DNA of 64,000 nt from assembly GCF_009914755.1 (NCBI RefSeq), contig NC_060932.1; one strand, 5' to 3'. Below are positions 1-15,058 of this stretch, one piece after another. Position numbers and translations under genes: made by a program. Origin of the DNA: the human T2T-CHM13v2.0 reference genome, Homo sapiens. The notes beneath the pieces are model-generated. The model saw only the letters and a program-made list of their open reading frames with translations. It had not been told where the DNA came from and ran no database searches. Each line of letters begins with the position of its first letter. Positions within the stretch are counted from its first letter, which is position 1.

Positions 1-100
1 TGGCTCCAGTGGCTCAAACTGCCATTACAGCACAGAAACCCCAGGTGATTCTGGAAATTGAAGAAAGGAAGGAAGACCTCCTCCTGGACACTGGAGCCAG

Positions 101-101
<1 letters not shown>

Positions 102-135
<34 letters not shown>
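102..135. repeat. (CT)n microsatellite inside the ERV protease remnant
   Basis: Pure CT run directly after the DTGAS codons. Confidence 0.95.
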
Positions 136-136
<1 letters not shown>

Positions 137-1735
137 ATCCAGGCCTTCCCACTTCTTGTAGCACCACCATAAGGGACATCTCAGGAAAAACTCTAATATT
201 TTTCTCGACCCCTTAGTTGCAGCTAGAGGGACCTATTATTTACAAATACCTCCAAGCCATTGTCACAGTGACCCTACTGGTCCTAGATGCCACAAATTAA
301 CCTCGGAAATGACTTAAATGTTTACACCTCACATAATGTGGAAGGATTACTGTCCTCTAGGGGGAGCCTTTGGCTAATAGTCGGCTCCTTAAATATTAGG
401 CTCTGCTCTTAGAGGGTTCCACAATCCAGTTAAAAACTTGTTCTCACCTAAACCTAGCCACTTTCCTCCCCAAGGAAAGTGGGGAAAATGAACATGACTG
501 TGAACAAGTTATAATACAGACCTATGCAGCCAGGGAAGATCTCAGGGAAAATCCCCTAGAAAATCCAGACTGGATCCTCTTCAAAGATGGGAGCTCCTTT
601 GTAGAGAAAGTAATCAGTACGGCAGGATTATGCAGTAGTCACTCTAAATGGCATCATTGAAAATGTGTCTCTCTCTCCAGGCACAAGTGCTCAATTAGCT
701 GCACTGACAGATCTTAAAAGACCACTTGAATTAAGCAATTGAAAGATAGGTAACATTTACACTAATTTGAAGTATGCTTTCTTAGTTCTCCATGCTCATG
801 CTGTCATTTGTAAGGAAAGACACTGTCTTACAGATAATTTATGGCCTATAAAATACCACCCCAAAATTAACTGGTTATTATCCTCAGTTTTCCTTCCATG
901 AGAAATAGCAGTAATGCATTATAAAGGGACATCAAAAGAGAGCAGATGAAGTAGATGAAGAAAATAGGTTTACTGATCAGGTAGCTAAGTCAGTGGCAAG
1001 GAAGCCTTAGCACATCAATATACTTCAAGCCCCTCTAATCTGGAAAGGCTCCATAAGAAAAATTAAACCTCAGTACTCCCCTGCAGAAATAGAATGCATC
1101 ACTTCTCAAAGGTATACTTTCCAGCCTTCAGGGCGGCTACACTCAGAGGATGGCAAACTCAACCTGCCAGCCTCCAGCCAATGGAAAGTCCTTAAATCCA
1201 CCAAGCATTTCACTTAGGAAAGGATAAAATTTATCAGTGTGTCCAGAAATTATTTTCAAGAGAGAATTTATTAAGAACAGTGAAACTGGTTGTTAACACT
1301 TGTGAAGGTGGGTTTTTTCTTCTCAAACCCAAAGGATGGGAAGCTTTCCAGGGGAGGACTGGCAGACTTCACCCACATGCCAGAGATGAAGTGTAGTCAA
1401 TACCTCCTGGCATGTGTAGAAACTTTCACTAACTGCATAGAAATCTTTCCATGCCATACAGAAAAGGCCTCTGAGGCAATAAAATTGTTAACGAAATAAG
1501 TCCTCACTTTGGTCTACTTAAGTACCTCCAAAGAGGCAATGGCCCCCCATTTAAGGCAGGTGTCATGGGCGGGGATGTGGGGTGGATCTCAAACACACTA
1601 GGCATACAGTGTCATCTCTGTTGTGCTTGGAGACCCCAGTCCTAAGGAAAGGTAGAGAAGACAAATGATACTATCAAAAGACACCTCAGAAAACTGTCCC
1701 AAGAAACTCATTTTCCTTGCACTACTCTTCTTCCC

Positions 1736-2164
1736 ATGGTCTTACTGTGGGCAAGAAATACCCCTTCAAAGTTAGGTCTGAGCCCTTTTAAGATGCTGTA
1801 TGGATGCCCTTTTCTTACCAATTATTTTCTGTTAGATCAGGAAATATCTGAGTTAGTTAAGCATGTAACCTCTATGGCTCACTTTCAACAGGAATTAACA
1901 CAGTTAGCCAAAGCCCAACCCCAAGAAATAGGACCACCTTTATTTAACCCTGGAGATTTGGTATTGGTGAAGGCTCTCCCTTCTCTTTCTTTCTCCCTGA
2001 GCCCAAGCTGGGAAGGGCTCTACACTGTTCTTCTTTCAACCCCTTCAGCGGTAAAAGTTACAGGTATCAACTCCTGGATACATCACACTGGAGTCGAAGC
2101 CTGGAAAGCTGTGGGAGCAACCCCTGACAGCCCTGAGGAACATCCTGAATATCAATGTGAATAA
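1736..2164 (+). pseudogene. ERV pol integrase C-terminal remnant
   Basis: Open 142-aa frame with RNTPSKLGLSPFKMLYG, FNPGDLVLVK and WEGLYTVLLSTP...WIHH, typical of gammaretroviral integrase; the upstream pol is broken. Confidence 0.85.
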
Positions 2165-2856
2165 ATAGGAGATCTGAAGCTACAAACCATAAAAGGTAAG
2201 TGAGGGCTACCCATCTTACTCAGTCCCACCTTTATCTCATGAAATACTTTCAGTCATTTCTACTTTTCTGTTTAGATTTGCCACCAGATATTAGAACTTC
2301 TTTTTAATGCATATTTGCAGAAAGATTTTAATTATCCTTGGGATTACATGTACAACTTCATAGACCCCCAGACAGAAATTCTATGTCTTGGCAAGTAAAA
2401 ATTTTCAATGGAAATTATCTACTACACCACCTTTGCAGGACTGTATACTCACTCTATTTGCAGTAGGACTATATACTGTAGAATGCCCAGAGTGGAATGC
2501 TGGATAAAGAGTCTCAACTACTGTAATATTTTGCTGAATTATTATCCTTATAGCAGGCATAATAGTTACCTGACAGGAAGTAAACATAAAAGTTTTACTA
2601 TCACTAAGTCTGCTAGGATGTTTTATTGGGTTTGTCAATATGTCACACTCTAGTTATTCAAAGAAGGTTATAAAGAAAGGTGATTTTATATAAGAAAGGA
2701 TCTTCTATGGTAAATTATTGTCCTAAAAGGAAATAACTGGTAGTTCAAAGAGGGATGTTTAGCACAAATCAGAAAGTTTAAGCATGTCATAGGTAGTCTG
2801 TGGAGGTTGTGAAAGTATTAATAGTTGCTGGAAAATTTAGCCAAAGTTAACACTAA

Positions 2857-3212
<356 letters not shown>

Positions 3213-3349
3213 AAAGAATGTTACTTTTATATTAACGTTTCTGCTAAGGTACAGCCACATTTGGTGGAGGCAAACTAGTATTACAATCCATTAGAATAGC
3301 TAACAGATATCAAACTCTACTGCCATGCTTATCACCTATAGTACCTCCA

Positions 3350-3515
3350 CTAATAATGGTAATCTCAATACTTATATTCAAACCCTATATTCTAAATCTT
3401 CTTGTAAAATTTATCTCTTTTCATCTAGAAGTAATCAAACTCCAAATGGTGCTGCAGACAGAACCATCCATGGACACGCCTTTCTTCTGAGGACCCTTAG
3501 ATTGACCCCAGGAGG
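3350..3515 (+). pseudogene. ERV env TM C-terminal remnant
   Basis: Translates with a frameshift to PYILNLLVKFIS..LEVIKLQMVLQTEP...GPLD, resembling the HERV-W/HERV9-type env tail (PCIFNLLVNFVSSRIEAVKLQMEP...RPLD). Confidence 0.75.
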
Positions 3516-3627
3516 AGCCCTAACTGCTGTTCCCTACACAACACTCCTTTTCAGCAGTAAGTACCAGAAAGACTCATCATCCAACACCCCCTAACAGCAG
3601 TTAGGGATACCACTCCTGAGGGGGAAA

Positions 3628-4216
3628 TGATACAGCAGCTAAACATAAATTATTTAGGCAGATTGTGAGGACAAAAGAGTCCTCAGTAAGGTTTCCTTTT
3701 AACAAATAGCAGCCCCAAAATTATTTCTAACAAAAAGCAGCCTGAAAAATCAAGCTGCAAGCATACATAAGCAAGCTGGAAGCTTGCGCTGGCAGCTCTG
3801 CCAATAGAAAAGGGATAGCTGGAAGCCGGCTATAGTCAGCATGGAGGTTCCTTTTCCCCTTTTTCACCACATGTGCAGTAAAAAGCAGACAACATGGTAC
3901 CAGTCCAGTAGAGACCCCATTTGCATAATAAAAGATTACAGTGGGGTGGCCAGTCTCTTTATCTGCTATGTAAATAGCACACTTGATCCAATGAATCCTC
4001 TGTGCCCTACATAAATCAGACAACACTTCCTCAAGCTCATATATAAAACCAACCCAGAAACCTGTTTGGGACCCCCTTCTCTGAATGAAGAAGCTCTCTT
4101 CTTTCTTTCAACTATTGAACTTCTGCTCTTTAACCCACTCCTTGCATGTCTGCATCCTTGATTTTCTTGGCATGAGGCAACGAACCTCAGTTATTACCCT
4201 AAACAATGCTGTGTCA
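3628..4216 (+). mobile_element. 3' LTR, LTR9-like (ERV1)
   Basis: Starts TGATACAG right after the PPT and ends ...tgtgtCA; contains aaattatttaggcagat, aaaaagcagcctgaaaaatcaagctgc and a TATA-like atataaaa, as I recall for LTR9. Confidence 0.8.
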
Positions 4217-5714
4217 ACTCCTCTCGTAATGCTAGTTTGCACAGCTCATGGCTCCAAAAGAGACCCCTTCCTTTTGAGGAAAGGAAGAGAGAAGAGCACG
4301 GAGAAGTTTGTCTTACATCTTGGATATCAGCTTAGCCACAGCAGGACAGGAACTGGTCAGTCATAAGACCCCAATTCCAGGCCCTAGCTTCCAGATGACA
4401 TTTCTAGACACACCCTGAGCCAGAAGGTAACCCAATGCCTTGAAAGAAAGAATCAAGTTTTGGCAGCATTCATCACCTGGTAACTGAGGAGCTCTTGGGC
4501 CATGAATAATCAGCAGTAATACCCAGGTACTCTGTTGAGGACATTTGGTGATTCTCTGAGACTTACTGGCTTCAGGTGAGATCCAGCACATTGCCAACTG
4601 TGTTGACTACGAGGCAAAACTCCTGCTTGAGAAAAGCAGTAGAAAAAATAAAAGAGATTTTGGCTCGCACCTTAGGTACTAGCATGGCCACAGGGTTGTA
4701 GAGCACCAAGAAGGCTCATGGGGACCCTATTCCATGACTTCACTTTTGAATTACATTTCTGGATCTGCCCTGGGCCAGAGGGGAGCCCACTGTCCTGAAG
4801 GGTGAGTCCCAGACCAGGCAACATTTACCACAAGCTGACTGAAGAGCCCATGGGCCTTGAGGGAACACTGGTGGTAGTCTGTCAGTACTCCGCGTGGCCT
4901 GGTGTGGTGGTGGCAATGAGGTGAAACTTTTCTTCCTTTGGAAAGGGGAAGGGAGAGTGAGAAGAACTGCATCTTGTGCTTTGAGTGCCACCTCAGCTGC
5001 AGTATAATAGAACACCAGGCAGACCTCTAAGGTTTTTTACTTTAGTCTCTGACACCCACATGGCAACTCTGGACCCACATGGGGCCTGGGGGAGCTGGCT
5101 GTCCTGAAGGGAAGAACACTGGCCTGGCTGGCTTGCCATAAGCTGATTATAGAGCCCTAGGGCCTTGAGTGAGCATAAGTAGTAGCCAGAAAGTGGTCAC
5201 AGCAGACCTTAGGTGAGACCCAGTGCTCTGTGGGCTTCAGTTCTGACCCAGGACAGTCACACTAACAGCAGGGAGAGTCATAGTGTTGGTGGCCATAGGG
5301 GTGCTTGTGTCACTCCACCTTCAGCATTAGGTGGCTCAGAACAGAGAGAGATTGTTTGATTAGCAGAAAGTAAGAAAAGCTAACAAAAGCCTCTGCCTGG
5401 TAATCTAAAGAATTCCCACAGATTTTGTTTAAGACCATCAAGGTGGTACCTCTCTGAGTCTACAAGAACCATAGTGTTACTGTGCTTGGGGTGTCCCCTA
5501 AAGCAGATACAGCTTAGATCACAACACCCAAGTTCTTTCTAATATCTGGAAGGCCTTCCAAAGTAAAATGGCTACAAATAAGCCCAGACAGTGAAGACTA
5601 CAATAGATACCTAACTCTTCAATGCCCAGACACAAACTAATATCTACTTGCATCAGTATCATTTAGGAAAACATTACCTCATCAAACGAACTAAATAGGG
5701 CACCAGGGACCAAT
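4217..5714 (+). mobile_element. Old L1 (L1M1/L1MA-type) 5'UTR up to the start of ORF1, truncated
   Basis: Internal ~300-bp periodic blocks (cctgaaggg...agctgact..gagccc..gggccttga); ends at aacgaactaaatagggcaccagggaccaat, typical of the L1MA ORF1 start region. Confidence 0.75.
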
Positions 5715-6539
5715 TTGCCTTAGTATCTGTTTTCTTTTGGTTACTCTTTAGTGCCTTCAGGAAGGTTTATTTTGGTTGGTTTGTCCAGAGTTTATAGTTG
5801 TTACCTGTGTGTATGTGTTGAGAACAGGGGACAGAGAGGTCAGTCACTTTTAGAAGTGGAACCTTAAAGAGCTTTTTTTGTGTCATATCATGTGCAAACC
5901 TGTTAGAATTCATGTTAAAATTAGACATGAATGATACCAAAAACATTTCAGCACTATGGTATAAAACCATACCTTACTGTTGACCTTTCTTTTGCCTATT
6001 TTGTTCATACTTACTATTTATTTACTTAAATCCCTCCTCAGTTTTAATTCTTGTTTTCTAATGAGTTACTGAGTACTTACCAGATGGAAAGCACTATGAT
6101 AGATTCTCCATCTGTTGAAATATTGCTCATTCAAAATCCAAATCAAATGCAAACACCCTCCAAGGATCACTCCCTTGCCTCCTCCTAAGCAGACGTGATT
6201 TACTTTTATCTGAATGCCTTTGGTACTTTGTTTTTACCTTATGACATTAGATTTATTAATACACTTGCTTTCTCCCCACCACAATCAGTTCTTTGTCCCT
6301 ATTAGATCATACACTTCATCAGTAAGGGCAAGTCTCACTCATATTTCCATCCATCCATGCTGCCTTAAACATGCTTTCTAAAGTCAGGAACTAAAAAATA
6401 AAAAGAAAGAATATCTTTGCAGCTGCTCAGAAAGAAAAGAAAATAGGACATTAGTTTCCTGTCTGTGTTCTCAATAGTAGGATCGGACATCAGTTAACAA
6501 TGCATTCTTTATTTTTAGCGAACATCTAGACAGAGAAAA

Positions 6540-6700
6540 CTGTCTTTTCCCTTCTCCTCGTTATTTTTCCTCTTTCTTCTTCCTCCTCTTCCTTCTTCCT
6601 TTTTCTTCCTCCTTTTTTCATCTTGTCCTCTTCCTCCTACTTACCCTTCCCCCTTTATCTTCCTTTGTCCCTCCTCTCTTCTCACTTTCTTTTTCTCACT
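6540..6700. repeat. Polypyrimidine (TCC/TCT) low-complexity tract
   Basis: Almost exclusively C/T for ~160 bp. Confidence 0.85.
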
Positions 6701-8114
6701 AATTATAGTCTCATTTAAACTTTTTTTGTATGCTTAGTCTCATCTTTAAAATGGGGAAACATATATGTGTCATTATGAAATGTTTTTTGCTTTAAATTGT
6801 TAAAGATCAGTAAGGGAGTCTTTTTTCTTCACCTTTGAAATTGTAGTGCCAAAACTCAGACAAACCAGTGATGTTCCAAAAGTTGATGGGAGAAGAACCC
6901 AAACATTTGATTCTTCCTTCATTGATTTTTCTTTCATTGGTAAGATATTTTAGTGAAATATTATATGTTGAATTGTCAATAACAAAAGCCATCTACAAGC
7001 ATTCTTTTTCCTCTTTTAGCCATAGCAACAAACATGCCATAAAATGGAAGTTATAGAAATAAGGTTAAGTGAATTAAACTAGGTTTTGTAATAAGCTCAC
7101 TTCTTCCTTAGACTCAGGTCAGAAGACATTTAAAAGAAGAGGATCTATCATAAACTGGGGCTGTTGCTGGGGTTCTAGCACTTGCCTGGACAATGTGTCT
7201 GCACCATCAACATCACCTATGCCTGGACAGCTCTTTGGAGTTTCTCTGCCAAATATGTGTGAGAATGACAATCTGCTCAAACCTGTCCTGGTAAGGCTCA
7301 CTTGACCTGTTAGCTAATGGGAAAGGGGGTTTGGGAAAGGAGAGCTCTGAGAGGTAAATATGTCACCAAATGGAAAAATTATAGACGCCACTGTCTTTGG
7401 CTAAAAATCTGATTTAACTACTGTAGAATCATAAGGAAGACATATAGGGAGAGATCATATAGTTTCCTGATTTCAGGAAAGACCCACATAAACCTACTCA
7501 GATAAATTAGAATTTTCTCTTTAGACAGAGAATTCACATTCTCTCACACAAATCCTTTCTTCAACTCCACATTGTTATGAAAGTCCTCTTTTATCAGTGT
7601 AGCAGCAGAGACTACTCAATGTTATGCTTAAGTTTTAAAAACTTTTATTATTTATATGTCAAGTACTTAAGCATAAAGGTACGTTCCCTGGCATTCATTT
7701 ATCTTTTGTCTGTAGAATGGGTCAGATGAAAACCACTGAGTTATTTCCAGTTGACATATTAAAGAATCACTACTAAGCAGCATTTATTGAGTATTCATTA
7801 TCCTTCAGGTGTTATACTAGATGTGTGGCATTTAATGCTATATTGTTCATCTATAAGTGCCAGACACTCATCTAGCCACCTTATTATTTATCCTTCACAG
7901 CAAACGTAGGAGGTGGTTCTTACTATGTCACCATCTCTACTTCATGGTCTGTGTTTTCAAAAGCCTCAGTACTTTACTCAAGGATACATAGTAGCTAAGT
8001 GGCCTAACTAGGTTTTAAATCCTACAGATTGCTTGTCTCCAAAACCCATTCTCTTCCTGCACTGTAAGCAGAGGACATACTGATACAAAGAAAGCAAAAT
8101 TAGAGAACACTTAA

Positions 8115-8290
8115 AATCCACTCTCTTAGCCATTTTTAGAAATGCAGTACCTTGTTATTGAGTATAGTAATCATGTTATTTAATAGAGCACCTGACCTTA
8201 CTTCTGCTATCTAACTGAACTTTTGTATCCTTTGACCAATATCTCCCCAACCTCACCACCACCCCAGCCCCTGGTAACCACCATTGCGCT
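8115..8290 (-). mobile_element. L1MA 3'-end fragment
   Basis: ctaactgaacttttgtatcctttgaccaatatctcccc...cccctggtaaccaccatt, typical of an L1MA 3'UTR read antisense. Confidence 0.7.
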
Positions 8291-8977
8291 CCCCAAAAAA
8301 ATTGACTTGAATCTTTCTAGCTGTTCTTTTAGTCCCAATCTTTTAGTACTTTTACCCTAGCACAACCCCATAGCCTCTGGTAGCCAAAGGGGGTAAGTAT
8401 GTGCCAAAAAGGATAAGTATTCCCTTGTCTGTATGTGTGAAATGCCATTTTGCTTATTTCCTTTGTTTCCCTATTGGATGTACTTTTCTTTCTTAATCAA
8501 AAAGGACCCCTCACCAAAGGTGTCTTCAGGAAAGCAGCCAGTTTAAAATCCTGCAGAAAATGAGAAATTAAATTCTGGAGGTGAAGTAAACCTAGATTGT
8601 GAATCTATTTTTGAGATAGCCTCTGTATTGAAGGTAAGAAAAATTTTCTTTTAATCTACCTGATGGTATAGCTCTGGAGCAAGAAAAAGGTGTTTTTATT
8701 TTTTTTATGAACATTATTTATATTTGCAAAGACCCATAATCAATTTATAACTTTAACACTAAAAGAGTGTTACAAACACTTTTATAAAGTCAACATTGGA
8801 CTTTAAAAACTACCACCAGTGATATGACATATCAAATATGTTTAAAAATTTTTTTTCCCACACTAACCTCATCTTTACTTCTGCAACCCCATGTAAAAAA
8901 TAAAACTTTGTTAAAATAATAAAAAGACACACACATTTACCAAAACAAACATCATGCCTATTAGTATTTTCTGTCTT

Positions 8978-9354
<377 letters not shown>

Positions 9355-10023
9355 TTACAGAGGTTTGCCATAATAAACATTTGCCTCACAACTGAAACAA
9401 AAAAAATTGCTGAGATCACTGAAATTTTTGTTTACATAACCATTACGCCCAAAAATACTCTTTTCCTTGTTCCCTAATGCCTTTTACTCTAAAAGTGGAG
9501 TGGGAACAATCTCAGCATCTGAGTTCCTTTTACCTTTACCACATTTGATATTCTTTGTGGTTCTTACCCTTTAGCCATGGCTACAAAAGTCACATATATA
9601 GTTACAGAGATAGAGTTCTAATTTTTTTTCTGCCCCACATTCTTGCAAATGCCCTACCTTTTTGGAAAACCTCAAGTCAAAACTAGCTTAAAGCAGAGAT
9701 TTTGACCCTACAGTATCTTCTGCAGACCTGCCTCAGGCTCCCACCTTCCAAAGGGCTGAAATGCACCAGAGCCCGGAGTAGAGACAAGGCCCCAGCCCAT
9801 ATCTCAGGGCCTGCAGCATAAAAACAAAATTAAGGAAAATATGGTGAAGAAGACTCTTGCATACCCCTACTTCAGCGGAGTGGCTAGATGCCGATAAAAT
9901 CTTATGTCATGACTTCATGTACAATCAGACATTTTTTGATAAACGAGCCATGTCTTTTCTTAAACCCAGCCGTAGACTTTTGCAATTAAATATTAGGCCA
10001 GAGAACTGAAGGGCTTGAGCTAA

Positions 10024-10396
<373 letters not shown>

Positions 10397-12489
10397 AATA
10401 AAGACATGTTTGATTTATTTAGCCCCAGATATATATGCCAAGGATTTTTATGCATAATGAATTTTTCTTTTTTCTTTCCATATAATTAGGTTTTCTTCTA
10501 CTTCTTAGTTTACAAAGGTAAAGCCTGTGTTTCATGGAATAATTTTTTGAAAACCAAAAATGTCTGCAAAAATTTATCTTACTATGCTATTTTTCATAGC
10601 ACCATACTTCTTAAAATTTTGTGCTATTGATGCTGTTGTAAAGAAGCATGATTCTTGAAGGTTAAATGTGTTACAAATTGGAGAAATATTTGTCCAAAAA
10701 TAATGAAAAGACAAAAAATGATCCACATGATTGAAGAGTCTGTTTAAATGGGTTCCAAGTAAATGACATTTTATCATATAAGTAGGTTTTACTCACTTTT
10801 CTTCCAAGTGGTTGCAGGAAGGGACATAATTTTTGCCAAAGTTTTTGAGTTTTTGTTTTGTTTCTTGTTTTAAAGTCTATTTTGAAGTGGCACTTAAGTT
10901 TTCTTGTAATTTTTCACTTATGCACTGGTTATGCTTAGATATAAGTTTAGTTTAAGCCTCACCTTGACTTTTCAAACTATAATTGGACAAAAATGCTTGA
11001 GATACTATAGCTTGGATCCATCAGATTTTGAGAAAAAGTTCATATTTACTCCTGCACTATCTCAACTCATGAGTTTGGGAATTCTGCCGATGATCTGGGC
11101 TCTGGTTTTGGAGGAGAGGAGACTTTTAGTTACATGCTGTGAGTTGGTGATTGCAATTCAGAACCAGCTTTCACATCCTTCTCAGCTGTGATGGTGGCTG
11201 AATTTCAAAACTTGTTATTTCACCTGTGGGAGAGTTCATTGAGATGTTATGAGTTATTTTCTTTCAAGTGTAGGTTTAAGATTTAGTGGTGTTTTTCTTT
11301 AAGACAGATCATAAGTATATTTTTCACTGAGATTTAAAAGGAAAGCTATTGTCACTATCCCGTTTTGAAATAACAGATTTTGCTGCTTCTAAACTGGACT
11401 TCTAATGTGCATACAGCAGCTAAAATTAGTTTGGAATTATGAAAATTTAATAGCTGTATCCCCAAAGAGGTAACTTTTGTAATTATATCCCTGAATCACA
11501 AATATTCAGGTACATTTCTACTACTGGAAGATATAATAGAACAAAGGAAGAGTTTGAATCAATCAGTCTTCTTTCTTTCTAAAAAAGGTATAGCAATAAA
11601 TTGATACCACTACAAAGAGGTTCTTCAAATTGTTTTAGAATCTCAGTTCCAGTTGATTGGTTTTTTCTCGGCTCTCATTAATATTTGGCCATATGACATA
11701 TGACAGCACTTCACTAATGACCTCCACTGTGGCTGGGACTGTGCTTGACATTGACATGTAAAAAGAAGGTTAAGAGTCTGCTCCTACCCTGGAGGAGCTC
11801 ATAAGCAAGTGGGAAAGATGCCTACACAATCAGCCAACTGTAACAATAAGTTATCACAGCTTCCATATTAGTGTTAGAAACATGATATCTAAGTAAAACA
11901 TGGTGTGTTGCCTTTCATAAGACATATAGAGAAAGTTATTGATTTGGTTTTCCAGCAAGAGTTAAAATTGCCCAATTGAAGACTTTTACCTGTCCCCATG
12001 TTGTAATCAGGAAATTGCAAGAAGGTAAACAACCATGGGTACAGTGCTTAAATATGATATTGAGTTCACTCTGCCTAAAGTTTACTGAGGTGGAGAACAG
12101 ACTGCAAGCTTGATCTTGGTAATGTCATGCCAACAGCAACAGAGAGAGTTGGCCTAAAATCAACTCTCTAGGATCAGGACAAGAATTGAATTTAGTTATT
12201 TTTAAGCTTTTTGTAAACAAAAGCCAAACAACAAATGCCATTGGTCATATCCTTTTGTGTCATAGTGTGGTTTCATCACACTCAGCCCTGCCAGTGGTCT
12301 CAGCATAATAGAATCTCTAAGAAAAGAATATACTGTGGACATGTTATTTAGTGTACATCAAGTGTGAGAATGCTGCCCCCATGCTTCCAAATACAGCCAT
12401 CACGTGGAATGCTTTCTCTCTCCAAATGTAAGAGAACTTTTCTATGGGGAATATAGGGAAAAAGCTTACATACCTCATGATGCAATCAT

Positions 12490-12615
12490 GGAATACTGCT
12501 GGATATAAAGTTCTAAGATAATAGGGACTGTGTTTTATCTACTACTCTATCCCTAGTGACTCAAATAGTGGTTGGCACACAAGAATAAATGCACATAGAA
12601 TGATTGACTGAATGA
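12490..12615 (+). mobile_element. L2 3'-end fragment
   Basis: agggactgtgttttatct...ccctagtgactcaaatagtggttggcacac...aataaatg...gaatga pattern. Confidence 0.55.
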
Positions 12616-14170
12616 CCACCAAATTATTAACCTCATAGATACCTTAGTGCATTTCCATGAACTAGCCATCTAAGGAAAGAGAAAAAAAATGATTTAGTAT
12701 AGTTTACTGCCAGACCCTGTCAGATTTGACTAGTTTGCTAAAATGTATGCAAACAGGAGGTTTCAGCCAAATTGGTTGTTCTTTGCCTTTCCCATCATAA
12801 TGCAGACTTCAATTATTTCTATAATTTTTTTTAGAAAAAAACAAAAAATACTTCTGTTTCCACAAGTCAGTGGAGAGTTGGCACAGAGGTCTGTGTAGTT
12901 CCCTGAAGAGAGTACTTAAGTGAACTTTTCAAGAAAATACTTTCTGATTTATCTAACACATACTTGGCATGAGAATAATAATTTAAAATACCTGTTTTTC
13001 CATCAATGTAAAGATTTTCTGCAAAGTATTCCAGGAAGTGTTTTTTGTCAGATCTCTGTGATCACTGGGTCTGGGTAATGGATGAGGGAAATGATGAAAA
13101 GAAAATAAATTCTGTTCAAATGTAATTAGTCTAATTTGGTCGTGTCTCAAAAATACTATTAAAAAGATTTTATAAGCTTGTTTATTAAAATAATGACAAA
13201 TATCAAAGTCATATCCATGGGGACCAGATTACAATATATTTATGCTGGCTTATCATTGTTATTGTTTTTCTCCTTTAGCTTATTAACATGAAATATTTAA
13301 GCATTGTATACCTTCTGTATATCCGAATCTGATAGGAGTTGATATTCATTAGTCTGCTAGCTAATACTGTAGGCCCAATCTACAGTTTATGATTGTAATT
13401 TTGGTAAATATTTAACCAGACAACTCATCATATATTTCATTCACCAGGTGAAGTCATAGAGATTATGACTTATTCTCTCTTCTCAGGGAACTCACACTCT
13501 GGTAAAGTAGATAGATGACCAAGAATTACAATTACGATGCAGTATAATCAGTGCTGTAAGAGATATTTGGAGAGTGCTGTGGAAGCATGGTAGAGAGGCA
13601 GTTAGCTACTTAAAAAGTGTCAAGGAAAAGGGGGATTGCTACTCTCTCTACTCATGCAAAAAAACAAAAATGCTGGTAGAACTCAGGACCCCATGCCTAA
13701 ATATTTCCTGCATTATAAAAGAATAGGAAAGAAATATCCATTAACAAAAAGCAATACTTCTAGTTCTATGAAAACTCAATATTTTTCACTTGCATGTTCT
13801 TATTTAGTACTGTGTGTTTTTTTTCTTGAGCAATTTTCAAATATGAATTATCTACATCTTTCACCAATAGGAGAACATAGTACAGCTGCTGAGGACACCA
13901 GAAACCAAGGGCATTTATCAAAACACTATCTTCACTTACATTATAGTTTGGCGTAAGTCATTCAGATAGTGAGCATCAAATTCTATACTTTATTTCTAAT
14001 TGTCTAAAACCTTATATATCCTATAAGCTGTTAAAGGATTTTTTAAAGTAAAATTATGACTCTCATACAAATGTAAAATAAACACATGAAAGATTTTATT
14101 TAAGTCATTTATGAGGGAACCAGTAAGATGTTACAACCAGTTCAAAGGAGACTTCAAAGTTGAAATATTA

Positions 14171-14542
<372 letters not shown>

Positions 14543-14980
14543 CTAAAGTAAATTTACAAATTGATACAAACAAAACTGGCCTTTTCTACCAGGGCAGGGG
14601 TACATGCGGCTAAATCACTTGTCTCTCCACCAGACATACTTTTCACATCATTAGACCAGTGTTAGATGGGCTGCTGTCAGTTATTTATAACTTGTAAAGT
14701 TACAAAATAACTCTTCTTGTGAAGAAGCTTGGGGCCCCGTAGAAGCAGATAACCCAGACGCTTATGCTAGATGTCTTATTTTCCATTGAATACACCCAGT
14801 AATTTTTTTGTTCTATTTAAAAGTCTTTCATAATTTATCCTTACAAAAACTATATTCATTGTTAGTCCATTGTATTGCAAAAGACCTGCCTGCTATTTGT
14901 GGAGCATTATTCAGACTACCTTGTTTGCCCTAGCTTGCAGGTTTTTATTGAAAAAAAGAACAGTCATCAATATCAGCATG

Positions 14981-15007
14981 CACACACACACACATACACA
15001 CACAAGC

Positions 15008-15038
<31 letters not shown>

Positions 15039-15058
15039 AGCACATATACATATATATG
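14981..15058. repeat. Compound (CA)n/(TA)n microsatellite
   Basis: Directly visible alternating runs. Confidence 0.9.

Noticed and set aside
4400-5180. Three similar blocks about 300 bp apart
   Set aside because: Internal repeats expected in old L1M 5'UTRs, not a separate array.
8530-8640. Exon-like stretch (ttcag|...AAG|gtaaga)
   Set aside because: Splice-like motifs only; no recognisable protein or partner exons, so it cannot be supported without transcript data.
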